Source of the DNA: Parvularia atlantis
Taxonomy: Eukaryota
Length of the DNA stretch: 59,338 bases
NCBI GenBank assembly: GCA_943704415.1
Contig: CALSCO010001064.1
Coordinates: 1 to 59,338, forward strand
Direction of reading: 5' to 3'
Shown here piece after piece: positions 27,101 to 38,900 of this stretch (its first letter is position 1; each line of letters begins with the position of its first letter). A program made the translations under genes and the position numbers. Below the pieces are notes generated by a model that had not been told where the DNA came from, searched no databases, and worked only from the letters and a program-made list of their open reading frames with translations.

Positions 27101-30100
27101 CGGCCCGTGCTCGTCAAGTGCGACGGCAGCAACGGCGGCGGGTCGGGCACGCCGCCACCCACGGACGACGGCGATGTGGCTGCGAGCGAGGTGCGTGCGT
27201 GCGCGCTCGAGCACAACGTCGCTTACGGCGAGGGCGGCGGCGTAGACCAACTTCCCGTTTGCCTCGTTCAACTCGCTCGACTACTTTGGCACGTCGCCGG
27301 TGCGTGCAAAGATGTACGAGGCCGGTAGACACGCGTGTTCACCGCCGCGCCGCGGTGCCGGCAGCGCGCGCTTCTTCTCGACTCGGCAGGCTCGGTCTGG
27401 CTCACGCCGGACGACGGACTAACTTGGACGGCCGCGTTCAAGTCGAACGGCACCAGCGGCTTTGTCGTCGCGCGCGTGATCATGCACCCGTACCAGCCGT
27501 CCTGCGTGCGTCTGCTCTCACTGAGCAGCAGCAGCAGCAGGCTGAGCACGCGACGCGCAGGCGCTCCTCATCATCCCGCGCGGCCGCTCGCTGATCACGT
27601 GTGACTCGGGCGCGACCTTCCGCGGCCTGTTTGCGGCGGGCGAGAGCGTCTTTACGCAGTACTACGTGCGTGCCGCCGCCTGCGGGTCTGCGCATTGACG
27701 CTGCTGCCTGCAGGCCACGCCGGTTGCGTTCAAGCGCGGCGAGCCGTCGACGTTCATCCTGTTCAAGCAGAACTGCGCGGGCGGCTGCCACGCCGAGGTG
27801 CGTGCGCGTGCGACGGTGCGCCTGCGGTGCGCGCGCTGACGAGGCATCCAGGCGCACCTGACCGAGGACATGGGCGCGTCGTTCGCGCTGCTGACGACAT
27901 ATCCCCGCAAGTGCGTCTTTGCGATGAGCGCCGACGTCCAGCCCAAGAACGCAAAGAGTGCGTGGACGGGTGCCTCGCTGCGTTGCGTTGACGCCCGCCG
28001 CAGCCATCTTCTGCGAGCTAGACGACGACCCGGTTGGCACGCAGACCCGCTTCGGCCCGTACTCGCTCTACGCCAGCGACGACAAGTTCCACACGCGGCG
28101 CCAGGTCGTGACCGACGTCGTGGGACTGCTCGCGCTGCAGAAGTACATCATGACGGCGACGGTACGCTCCTCGCGGCACGCAGGCCGCTGTGACGCGCTT
28201 GGCTGACGTGGCCTGGCGCACGGGTCTGCAGTTCGACGCGGTCACGAGCCGCCTCGACCTCATCGTGTCGCACGACGCCGACACGTTCAACCCCGTCGAG
28301 CTCAACCTGGACCGGCAGGAGGTGCGCGCGCGTACGCACACACAGCACCTTTGCGTGCGTTGCTGACGCGTCGGCAGGCGTTCACGCTGCTCGAGTCGTC
28401 GAGCGTGCACTCGATCTTTGTGGACGCGCTCACGCACCCGTACGACTCGTTCGGCGTTAGCTGGGGCACGCTGCTCGTGTCCAACTCGGACGCGACCGAC
28501 TTTGGCGTCGTGCTCGACTACACCAACCGCCAGGGCGCCGCGGTCGACTACGAGCGCGTCGAGGGCCTCGAGGGTGTGCTGATCGCGAACGTGATCGCCA
28601 ACCCGGATGAGACGCAGGACAACCTGCCGGCGCGCGTGCAGTCGGTGATCTCGTTCGACGACGGTGCGACACTCTCTGGGGCACTCTGTCGCCGCTGCTG
28701 ACAGCGTGTCCAGGCCGTCTGTGGACGCTCATCGCCGCACCCATCGTCGACTCGCGCGGCGAGCCGTACGGTAGCTGCATCGGCGGGTCGTGCAACCTGC
28801 ACGTGCACACGACGGCCGAGGGCCGCTTGCACGGCAACGTGTTTTCGTCGTCGACGGCGCCGGGCGTGATGATCGCGGTGGGCAACGTCGGCGTGAGCCT
28901 CGAGCCGTACGACGAGTGCAACACGTTTATGACCACCGACGGCGGCGTGTCGTGGAAGGCGGGCAGCACTGGTAGCGCTCGCCCGTGTCTGCGTCTGACG
29001 CGTCGCGCACGCAGGAAGTGCGCAAGGGCCCGCACCTGTTTGAGCTGGCCGACCGCGGGAGCATCGCTGTGCTCATCCCGGACTTTGGCGAGACTAACTT
29101 GCTGCAGTGCGCTGGCCCCACTCGCGCGCACCGGAACAGCTTGCTGATATGCGTGTGGGCGGTCGCAGCTACTCGTACGACTTTGGCTCGACGTGGACCA
29201 CGTTCCAGTTCAGCCCGCGCAAGCTGCGTGTGACGGCGCTGATGACTGACCCGGACTCGGTGCGCGCATCGCTGCTGATCGCTGCTGTGCACAAGCTCAA
29301 GGGCGCGGCACAGGTTTCGCGCAACGTCCTCGTCTTTGGCGCCACCACGACGCCGGCCGACATGGGCGCGGGCGTGCTCTCGCGCATGATCCAGGTGGAC
29401 TTTACAGGCTTGCACGAGCGCCAGTGTGCGTGGCCGCACGGACGGGCGTGAGCTGCGCGCGTGCTGACGGCAGCGCAGGCACGGACGCGGACCTTGTGCC
29501 GTGGCAGATGACGGGCCCGGGCGACCAGTGCGTGCTTGGCCACAAGGTGCGCGCGCCACTGAGCAGCACAATGTGTTGACTGCGCGCACCTCAGACGACG
29601 TACGTGCGCCGCAACGCCTCGACCGCGTGCTTCATCGACGACCCGCTGCGCGCGCCGCGCATCGTCGCGACGAGCAACTGCACATGCGCGCGCGCCGACT
29701 ACGAATGGTGCGCGAACGTCATACGTGCGACCTGCGCCTCGCTGACGTGCGCGCGCCGCAGCGCCACGGGCTTTGCGCTGCGCACCGTGGACCAGATCTG
29801 CGTCGCCAAGGACCCGGCGACGGTCGCCGAGCCGGCCAACTGCCGGCCCAACACGTCATACCAGGTGCCATCGGGCTACCGTCGCATCCCCGGCGACACG
29901 TGCGCGGGCGGGCAGCGACTCGAGGCGCCCGTCTCGAGGCTGTGCGTGGGGCCGACGGCGGCGCCGCCTCCGACGACCGCGCCGACCACGCCCGGCGGCG
30001 GCACGGGCGCGCCCACGCCGACGCTGCCGCCGAGCATCGTCAGCACGACGACGACGTTTGGCGTGAACAAGATGGTGGCGTGGTACCACGTGCCGTCGAC

Positions 30101-32565
30101 CAACAACGCGCTGTTCGTGCTCGAGTCGGGCGACGTCCACCTGAGCGACGACGAGGGCAAGACGTGGACGCAGCCGGACCTGGCGTCGTATGACTACCCG
30201 GTTGTGCGCATCACGGCGTCGTCGCAGGGCTACACGGTGCGCACGAGCGCTGGACGACGCCTCGCACACACGCTCACGTCCCGTGCGCGGCGCCCCAGGT
30301 GCTGCTGCTGACGGAGATGCAAGCGTACTACATGAGCACGGACCTCGGCCTGACGTACCAGCTCGCCCAGGCGCCCGTGCGGCCCGACTACACCGCGGCA
30401 CCGCAGTTCCTCGTGCCGCATGAGAAACACAACGCGGCGCTGATGGCGCTCGGCCGGCCGCTCACGTGCAGCACGGGCAGCGCGTGCGCGACGGCGCTGT
30501 ACTACAGCACGCAGAGCACGGGCGGCAAGTGGCGCGAGGTGAGGCAGCTGACCGACGTGACCGAGTGCATCTGGCTCGACACGGTCAAGGTGGGGAACGA
30601 GGACGAGGGCGCTCTGTGCATGGCGCGCAACAACGACGCGACCGGGTCGAGCCGCGTTGTGCTGCTCGAGGACTTTTCGCCGCGTGAGATCGTGCGCAGC
30701 GTCTACGACTGGTTTTACGCGCTCGGCTTTGTCGGCGTGGTCGTGCCGCGCGCGTACAACAGCGCGCTCGGCGATGTGTGGATCTGGGGCAGCGACGACA
30801 CAACGTTCCTGCAGGCGAGCTTGCCGTCGACGGCCGTCGTGGGCTCGCGCTACAACCGGCTGGTCAAGTCGCCGCGCGAGTCGATCGTGCTTGACATCAA
30901 CGGCGCGCCCACGCCCGGCAGCGCCGCCGCCGACTCGGTCAAGATGGGCGCGCTGTACACGTCGGGCTCGCGCGGCACGAGCTTCGTCTTTGCCAAGTCG
31001 CTCGGCTATGTCTACCGCACGCGCAGCGCGCACGACGTGCAGCAGCTGCCCGGCATCGACGGCATCCTCATCGCCAACATGGTCGCCAACCCGAGCGAGT
31101 ACGCGGCCAACGACGACCCGGTCATCCAGACGGTCATCTCGTACGACAACGGCGGACGCTGGCGGCTCGTGCCGGCGCCGGCGCTGGACGCGTACGGGCG
31201 GCCGACGACGTGCCAGCTGGTGGTGCGTCTCTTTGCAGGCGGCCTGTGGCGCGTGCTGACAGTTGGGCGCGCAGGACGGTTGCTCGCTGCACCTGCACTC
31301 GCTCACGCGCACGCCGGGCGCGGGCACGATGGCCATGGCTGTGCAGCCGATGGGCTCGAACGGCGCCGTGGGCCTGGCCGTGGCCGTGGGTAACGAGGGC
31401 GACCGCCTGGGCGACTACGCCAGCGGCGACACGTACGTGACGATGAACGCCGGGCGGACGTGGACGATGGTCCGGCGCGGGCCGCACCTGCACGCGTTTG
31501 CCGACAGCGGCGCGTTGATTGTGCTCGTAGACGACAAGGACCCGACCAACCACGTGCGGTACAGCTGGGACTACGGGCAGACGTGGCAGGTGCACGATTT
31601 TTTGCCAGCCGACCAGAAGATGAGCGTGACGATGCTCGAGGCGTTTGCCGAGGCGACGGCGCAGCGCGTCATCCTGTTTGGGCGGCTGACGACGATGACG
31701 GGCACGCTGCTGAGCGTGTCGGTGGACTTTGCGGGCGTGCACCAGGACGAGTGCGGCGACGACGACTACGAGGACTGGCGGCCAAGCGACGACACGGGCT
31801 CGTTTTGCGTGCTCGGCCACCAGCTCACGTACCGTCGGCGCAAGCCCGAGGCGCGCTGCACGGTCAACTCGCACTTTATCAAGCCCGTGCCGGTGCAGAC
31901 CAACTGTGCGTGCACGGACAGCGACTACGAGTGCACGATCGGCTTTGAGCGCGCCTCGACCTCGAGCGACCAGTGTGTGGCGCTGTCGCCCGAGCTGCGC
32001 GCCGAGCCGGCCAACTGCGTCAAGGGCAGCACGTACCAGGTGCCGTCGGGCTTCCGCAAGGTCCCGATCGACACGTGCGAGCGCGGCATCGACAAGGTGC
32101 GCACGCGCCCCCGACGGCACACGACTCACATGGCCGCCGCAGACGGCGCCCATCACGCGCGTGTGCGGGCAGCAGTACGCCGACCCGACGGCCGCGCCGA
32201 CGACGCGCGCGACCGTGCGGCCCACGTCGACGCAGCCTGTGCCGACGTCGACGCGGCCGCCGGCCACGAGCGCGCCGACGCCGACCAAGGGCACGCAGGG
32301 GTGCGGCACCGCATCCGCGCGTGTCTGCACACGAAGTGTCTGTGACACGCGCCGCGCACGCAGGTCGGGCGACGGGAGCACGGGCGCGAGCGCCGGCGGG
32401 CTCACGGCCGTCGACTGGCTGCTGATTGTGCTGGTGCCGCTCGTCGTCGGCGCGGCGGCGGTCGCGCTCTGGGTCTTCCGCGACCGCATTCGCGGCAGCC
32501 GCCTGTTCCGCTACTCGCGCGTGGCCGCGCAGGAGCCTGAGGAGGTCCTGCTGGACGACTACTAA
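24137..32565 (+). CDS. Vps10/sortilin-family sorting receptor with three Vps10 (propeller + 10CC) domains
   Basis: Signal peptide MQWPQAWHVIALLVAARACAA, multiple Asp-box repeats (SxDxGxTW), and three copies each of EG/DG-(V/I)xIAN, ISF/YxxG, CxLHLH/VH, AVGNxG, GPH and CVLGH..Y.RR. One transmembrane helix (WLLIVLVPLVVGAAAVALWVF) and a tail with YSRV and EEVLL sorting motifs. Confidence 0.93.
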
Positions 32566-32815
32566 GCGCTTTCTTGTCATGTGAGCAACTGTGTATGCAG
32601 CGCATTCAAGTTGGTGGTGAGACGGCGACGAGACAGCGCGTTTCGGGATGCCGGCAGACGACATCGAGTTCGCGGCGCACGCCACGACGCGGCGCAGATC
32701 GCGGGCCCGACTGCGCTCGCCGGCACCGTCAGGCGGGCGCACGCTGTGTGCCTCCTGCCGATGTACCGCCTCCCGACCGCCGCCGTACGCTGCCTGCACC
32801 TTGACGCCTTTGCGA

Positions 32816-32896
32816 GGACCCTGCCACGGGGACCCTGCCACGGGGACCCTGCCACGGGGACCCTGCCACGGGGACCCTGCCACAAGGACCCTGCCA
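32816..32896. repeat. 14-bp minisatellite (GGACCCTGCCACGG), about 5.8 copies
   Basis: Four perfect units, one variant ending ACAA and a partial unit, directly upstream of the first BAHD gene. Confidence 0.95.
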
Positions 32897-32953
32897 ACCT
32901 TACCTTGACACTGGCAAGCGCCTTTCGAGTGCACGTTGTCGACCGCAACACGG

Positions 32954-33679
32954 ATGCGCGTGGTCGTCGTCCACCCCGCCCAGCCCGATCCGCCCGGTCC
33001 GCCGCGCACGGCGCGTCTGAGCGCGATCGACCGCTTCAACGCGACCGTGCCGCCCATCGGCGGCGTGTGGCGCTTCGCGGCGCCGTCGACGTCGCCCGTG
33101 GGCCACGCGGCGCGGACCGAGGCGCTGCAGCGGAGCCTGGCGCGCGCGCTGGCCGTGTGCCCGCTGCTGGCCGGCACGCTCGACCTGGCGCGCGACGCGG
33201 GCGGCGTCGATCGGCTCGTGGTGCGCGTGGGCGGCGCGGCCGACGGCGTGCCGTTCTACGTGGATGAGGGCGACGAAGCCGACGTGCACGAGGAGACGGT
33301 GGACGAGCAGCAGCCGCAGCGCGCGATGCGGACGAGCGCCGCCTTCGCCGCACCACTCGAGCCGTTCGCGCGGCCCGGCGCGCAGCTGCTGGCGGCGCGG
33401 TACGTGGCGCTGCGCGGCGGCGGCTACGTCGTCGCCCTCAGCATCTCGCACGCCGTCGTCGACGCCTGCGCCTTCTACGCCTTCGCCGACCTGTGGGCGC
33501 GGCTCCACCGCGGCGCGCCCCTCGACATGGGCGCGCTGGCCGTCGACGCGGACCGCGCCGCGCAGATCGCGCTCGTCCCGGCCGACGCGGCGCTCGTCGA
33601 TGGCGCCGTGCCGCTCGAGCGCACGTCGCCGGGCCAGATCTGGACGTGGGCGCCGGCGCGTGCGCAGGCTCCCTTCGAC

Positions 33680-33732
<53 letters not shown>

Positions 33733-34462
33733 GCTCGCCTTCGTCGCGCACTTCACGGCCGCCGAGGTCGCGGCGATGCGCGCGGCCGCCGCGCCCGTCC
33801 CGATCAGCGCGGGGACGGCCGTGGTCGCGCACGTGTGGCGCGTGCTCGTCGCCTTCCGCGTCGCCGTCGGCACCGTCGACGCCGCGCGCACGCCCGAGTC
33901 GCACTGCTGCTTCGCGATCAACCTGCGCGGCCCGCGGCGCGTGCCCGAGCTGGGCGCGGGCTACGGCGGCAACGCCGTGACAGGCGCCGACGTGGGCCGG
34001 GCGATCAGCACGCTCGTGCGCGAGCCGTTTGGCGCGACCGCGGCCGCCGTGCACGGCTTCGTGCGCTCGTTTGACGCCGAGCGACGCAGCGCGCTGCGCG
34101 ATAATCTCGTGTGGATGCAGCAGGTCGAGGACCGGGGCGTGCGCGAGGGCGCGCCGCGGCGGCTCGAGAGCGTGCGCTGGATGAACGGCGACGTGCCGGC
34201 CGACGTGATCTTCACCAACGTCGCCTCGTTTGGCCCGTACGCGCCCGACTGGGGCGACGGCCGCGCCGTGCAGTACGTGCCGGGCAACCCGACGGCGCTG
34301 CCCTTCGGCCCCGTGCACATTTACGGCACAGCGCGTGACCCGGGCGGCGTCACGGCCGCGATCTTCCTCCCCGCCGGCGAGTGCGCCGCCCTCCTCGCCT
34401 CGCCCGCCGCAATGGCCCAGCTGCGCGCCTTCGCGCCCGTGACGCGGCCCGCCCGTCTGTGA
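32954..34462 (+). CDS. BAHD/Transferase-family acyltransferase, intronless
   Basis: LSAIDR N-terminal motif, PLLAGTL, catalytic SHAVVDA (HxxxD), NLRGP..GYGGNAV and PDWGDG (DFGWG-like). Single uninterrupted ORF. Confidence 0.88.
33686..33730. repeat. (CAG)15 encoding poly-Gln inside the BAHD gene
   Basis: Perfect trinucleotide run. Confidence 0.9.
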
Positions 34463-34512
34463 GCCTCCGCGCCCCGTTTGCTCCCCCCTCCCCATTCGAC
34501 GTGTCGCTGACG

Positions 34513-35868
34513 ATGGTGCGCGTCGTCGCCGTGCACACTGTTCGCCCCACGCACGACGCGCTGCCGCCACTGCGGCTCAGCGCCCTCGACCACTTCTACA
34601 ACGCCAGCCGCCGCGCGCCGATCAGCGGCGTGTGGCTCTTCACCGCCGCGCCGATCGACGCCGCCGACGCGCTGCGCGACAGCCTCGCCCGCTTCCTGGC
34701 CGTGCGCGCGCACACGTGGCTGGCCGGGCGGCTGCAGTGCGCCGTGACGGGGCTCGACGTCGTGCTAGACGGCAGCGGCGGCAGCGGCGGCGTGCGCTTC
34801 GTCGAGGCCGAGTGCGACCCCGATGAAGCCGATCTGAGACACGATCGCGACATCGCGTCTCAGCCGCACGGTGTCACCGTCTCGACCGCCGGATCGCGTC
34901 TCGCCCCACCGCTCGACACCGGCGCGCTGCTCGCGGTGCAGGTGACGCGCGTCACTGGCCTCGACCGCTGCGTCGCGCTCGGCGTCTCGGCCAGCCACGC
35001 CGCCGTCGACGGCTGCGCGTTTTTCGCGCTCGTTCGCGCGTGGGCCGCGGTGCACAGGGGCGACGCGGCCGAGAGCGAGTGGCTGCAGCCCGACCGCGCA
35101 CCGCTGCTGCGTCTCTTGCGCGACGTCGACCCGCCCGAGGGCGCCACGTGCGCGTCGTGGACGATTGGTGCCCAGATCGCCGACACGGAGGCGGTCAACG
35201 ATCGCAAGACGATCGTCGCCGTGCACTGGTTCTTCACGCGCACGCAGCTCGACGCGCTCAAGGGCGATCACGCCGTCAGCACCGGCTCGGCCCTGGCGGC
35301 GCACGTGTGGCGTGAGCTCGTGCGGTTCCGCTGCCGGCACGGTGGCGACGGCGACGCGACGCTCTGCGTGCCGGTCAACCTGCGCGGCCGGCTGCTGGGG
35401 GCCGAACAGTGCAAGCGCTTCACCGGCAACTTCGTCGGCTCGGCGCGCGTTGTGCGGCCGCTCGCGCAGCTGCTGCACGAGCCCCTCGGTGACACCGCGG
35501 CAGCCGTCGACGCGGCCGTGCGGGTGATGGACGCGCGAGCGCAGCTGCGCGAGCTCGCCTGGATGCAGCGCGTCGAGCGCGACGACCCCGACGGCTTCGA
35601 CCGCGTGCACTGGAGGCACGGCTGGGCGCGCACCGACCTCGTCCTGACCAACACCAGCAGCTTTGACGCGTATGCCGTCGGCTTCGAGCCGGCCCTCGGG
35701 CGCCTCGCGCGGTTCCTGCCGGGCCAGCCGCTGCTGCACGACGGCGCGCCGCCGCGCATCGTCAACGGCTCGCGCGACGTCCGCCGCGGCGACCTGCTCG
35801 TGAGCGTGCCCATGCCCGAGGACGAGGCGGCTGCGTTCCGCGCCTGGATCGCCACCGGCCACGCCTGA
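34513..35868 (+). CDS. Second BAHD/Transferase-family acyltransferase (tandem paralog), intronless
   Basis: LSALDH, WLAGRL, LLAVQVTR, SHAAVDG (HxxxD), AHVWR, VNLRGR and FTGNFV, collinear with the upstream paralog. Confidence 0.88.
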   Translation: MVRVVAVHTVRPTHDALPPLRLSALDHFYNASRRAPISGVWLFTAAPIDAADALRDSLARFLAVRAHTWLAGRLQCAVTGLDVVLDGSGGSGGVRFVEAECDPDEADLRHDRDIASQPHGVTVSTAGSRLAPPLDTGALLAVQVTRVTGLDRCVALGVSASHAAVDGCAFFALVRAWAAVHRGDAAESEWLQPDRAPLLRLLRDVDPPEGATCASWTIGAQIADTEAVNDRKTIVAVHWFFTRTQLDALKGDHAVSTGSALAAHVWRELVRFRCRHGGDGDATLCVPVNLRGRLLGAEQCKRFTGNFVGSARVVRPLAQLLHEPLGDTAAAVDAAVRVMDARAQLRELAWMQRVERDDPDGFDRVHWRHGWARTDLVLTNTSSFDAYAVGFEPALGRLARFLPGQPLLHDGAPPRIVNGSRDVRRGDLLVSVPMPEDEAAAFRAWIATGHA

Positions 35869-35919
35869 CGCGCCGTGATACACTGTGCACAATAGTAGGT
35901 CCGTCGACAGCAGTCTTCG

Positions 35920-38900
35920 TTAGACAGACTCCTGCAGCCGCGTGTACTCGGCCACGGAGCCGAAGTCGCGCTGCGCACACGCACACGCACACGCACACGC
36001 GCATCAGTAGTGATCAGCACAAGCAGTCGCGCAGAGGCGCACCGGCGCGACCGGTCGCTGCTGCGTCTCGGCCACCGCCGCCTCGCCGCGCGGGCCGTAG
36101 CCACCGCCGCCGGGCGTGAGGATGAGCAGCGAGTCGCCGGCCTCGGCGTGCACGATGTTCTTGCCGCCGAGATTGATGCGGCGGCCGTCGGCCTTGCGCG
36201 TGAGCACGTTCATGCCGACCTGCACCGCGCGCATCAGCAGCTCATCTGTGCGCGACGCCTTTTACGCACCGCGCCGTTTTCGCCACCCAGCAGGCCAAAC
36301 GGTGCGTGCACGCGGCGCTCCGAGAGGATCGACACGCTGAGCGGGCGCCGGAACTGGAGCTCGCGCACCACGCCGTCGCCGCCGCGGTGCTGTCCCTCAC
36401 CGCCCGAGTGCTCGCGCAGGCCGAAGCGACGCAGCAGAACCGGGTAGCGCCGCTCGAGGATCTCCGGGTCCGTGATGCGCGTGTTGGTCCTGCCGCGCGC
36501 GTGTCGTCAGCGCAGGGCAGGAAGTCGGCGCCGCTGCGCACATGTGCGTGTGCACGCCCGAGCGGCCGTGCCAGGTCGGGCCCGCGCCTGCGCCGCCAGC
36601 GATGGTCTGCGCACAGCAGCGGATCAGCGGCTCACACACACACGCACACGCACGGGCGTGCAGGCACCTCGTAGTAGCCAAAGGTATCGTCGCCAAAGGT
36701 CAGGTTGTTCATTGTGCCCTGCGAGCCCGCGCAGGCACCAAACGCCTTGAGTACGACGTCCGTCACGCGCTGCGAGGTCTCGACGTTGCCGCCAACGACG
36801 GCCGCGTTCTCGGACGGGCTGAGGACCGACCTGCGCCCGCGCGTTGCACGGTCAGGCCACGATCGAGACGGGGCAGGCAGGCCGGGCGCACCCGCGCGGG
36901 ATGCGCGTCGTGATCGGCGCGAGGCAGCCCTGGTTGAGCGGCACGTCGGCCTTTACCATGCAGCGCAGGCAGTAAATAATGGCCGAGTATGTCACGGCCG
37001 GCGGCGCGTTGCAGTTGCCAAAGACCTCGATGCCCGTGCCTGCGCCGCACGGCTCAGACTGCCGGTCAGCGCGACGCACCAGGCGCGAACCCTCAAAGTC
37101 AAACACGGCGCTGCCGTCGTGCGCGTCGATCGTGACCTGCAGGCAGATCGGCGTGCCGTCATCCATGTACTCGCACGCGCGCAGCGGCTGGCGCGGCAGG
37201 TAAGCGCGCAGGCAGACACGACGGCGCTGCGGAGGCGTGGCACCTGCGACCCAACGCGCTGCGCCACGGCCTTGAGCATGTCGCGAACGGCAACCTCGGC
37301 GTTGGTCTGGATGTGGCCCATGTACGCCTGCACGACCGCCAGGCTGTACTCGCCGATCAGCTCCTGCACGAGCGAGATGCCCTTGTGGTTCGCTGCAATC
37401 TGGGCCTTGAGGTCGGCGAGCACGTCGCGGATGTTGCGCGTGGGGCTGCAGCCCTGGTATTTGCCCGGCGCGTTGAGCAACTCGACGATGCCGTCGTGCT
37501 GGAACTCGCCTGGTGCGCCATCAGCATTTTTGCCGTCTACGCGCAAAGGTGCACAGCGCACCGCGCTTTACGAGCTTGAACGACTTGATGCACGCGCCCT
37601 CCTGGTACAGCTCCTTCGACAGCGGCGGCATGGAGCCCGGGGCGATGCCTCCAATGTCGGCGTGGTGGCCGCGGCTCGCGACGAAGAACACGACCGTGCC
37701 CTTGTTGAACACTGCGCCGCGAGAGCGTCAGCGCGTGCGTTGCACAAACAATGCCCCTGGCGTACCGGGCGTCATGACGGTGATGTCGGGCAGGTGGCTG
37801 CCGCCGGCCTGCGGATGGTTGGACACGAGCACGTCGCCCTCCTCGAGGCTGTCGACGACGCGCAGCTGGTAGCGCACGGCTGCGAGCTCGTTGTCAGGCG
37901 CGGCGCACGCGAAGGCCGCGAACGCACCCTCTTGCATCGCGCCGAGGTGCACGGGGATGTGCGGCGCGTTGGCCACGAGGCCGCCGTCGGGCGAGAACAG
38001 CGCGCACGAAAAGTCCAGGCGCTCCTTGATGTTGGTCGAGATGGACGTGCGCTGAAGCGTGCGGCCCATCTGCTCGGCGATGCTGCGCGGCCGGGCTCAG
38101 CATGCTGGCGCAGCACAGCACGAGCGCGCACCTCATGAACCGGTGCGAGAAGATCGCCAGCTGGATCGGGTCCATCTCGGTCGAGACGGCCGCGGCCGCG
38201 CCAGAGCCGACCTCGATCAGCACGTCGCCATCGCGCGTGAGGTGCGCCTGCGATGCCGCGTCAACGTCACGCCCTGTGCGCTTCCCGTGACGGCCCGCGC
38301 ACCTCGCAGCCCGGCTCGACGACGATCGTCGTGTAGTTGTCGATGATCATCGCCGGGCCGCGCACGGGCCGCAGCGGCACCAAATCTGCGCGAGCCGCCG
38401 TCAACAACTGCGGCGGGAAGGGCAGGTGCACGCCTCACACCGCGCAGCAGGTACACGCTCGTGGACAGCCGGCCGCCCTCAAAGTAGCACGCCGTCTCGC
38501 GCACGGGCTTGTGCGAGCGCTCCGTGGCGTTGTCGAGCTGGCCGCGCGCACGCACATCAGCAGCAGCACAAGGAGCAGCAAGCCCGCACCGCGACAGCCG
38601 CCTGAGGCGCCGAGCTGCCGATCGAGCGCACGCGCACATCGTCGACAAAGATGCGCCGCTCGGGCAGGATGAAGCCAAACTCGCGCTTGTACGCGGTCAA
38701 GAACTCGTCCTGGCGCACCGCGCGGTCAGCGAAAGGGCGGGCAAGCAGTCGTGACGGACGCGCACCACAAACGTCTTGCTGCCGTCGGCAGGCTCGCCCG
38801 TCATGATCGCAAAGTCGGTGCCCTCGTACCGCAGGTTGGCGTAGTCTGTGCGCGTCTCAGCCATGTGCCGGGCTGCTTCGCGCGTGCACTCTGGCTGGAG

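Noticed and set aside
32816..32896. Possible CRISPR array
   Set aside because: The units are head-to-tail with no unique spacers, there are no cas genes, and the context is eukaryotic.
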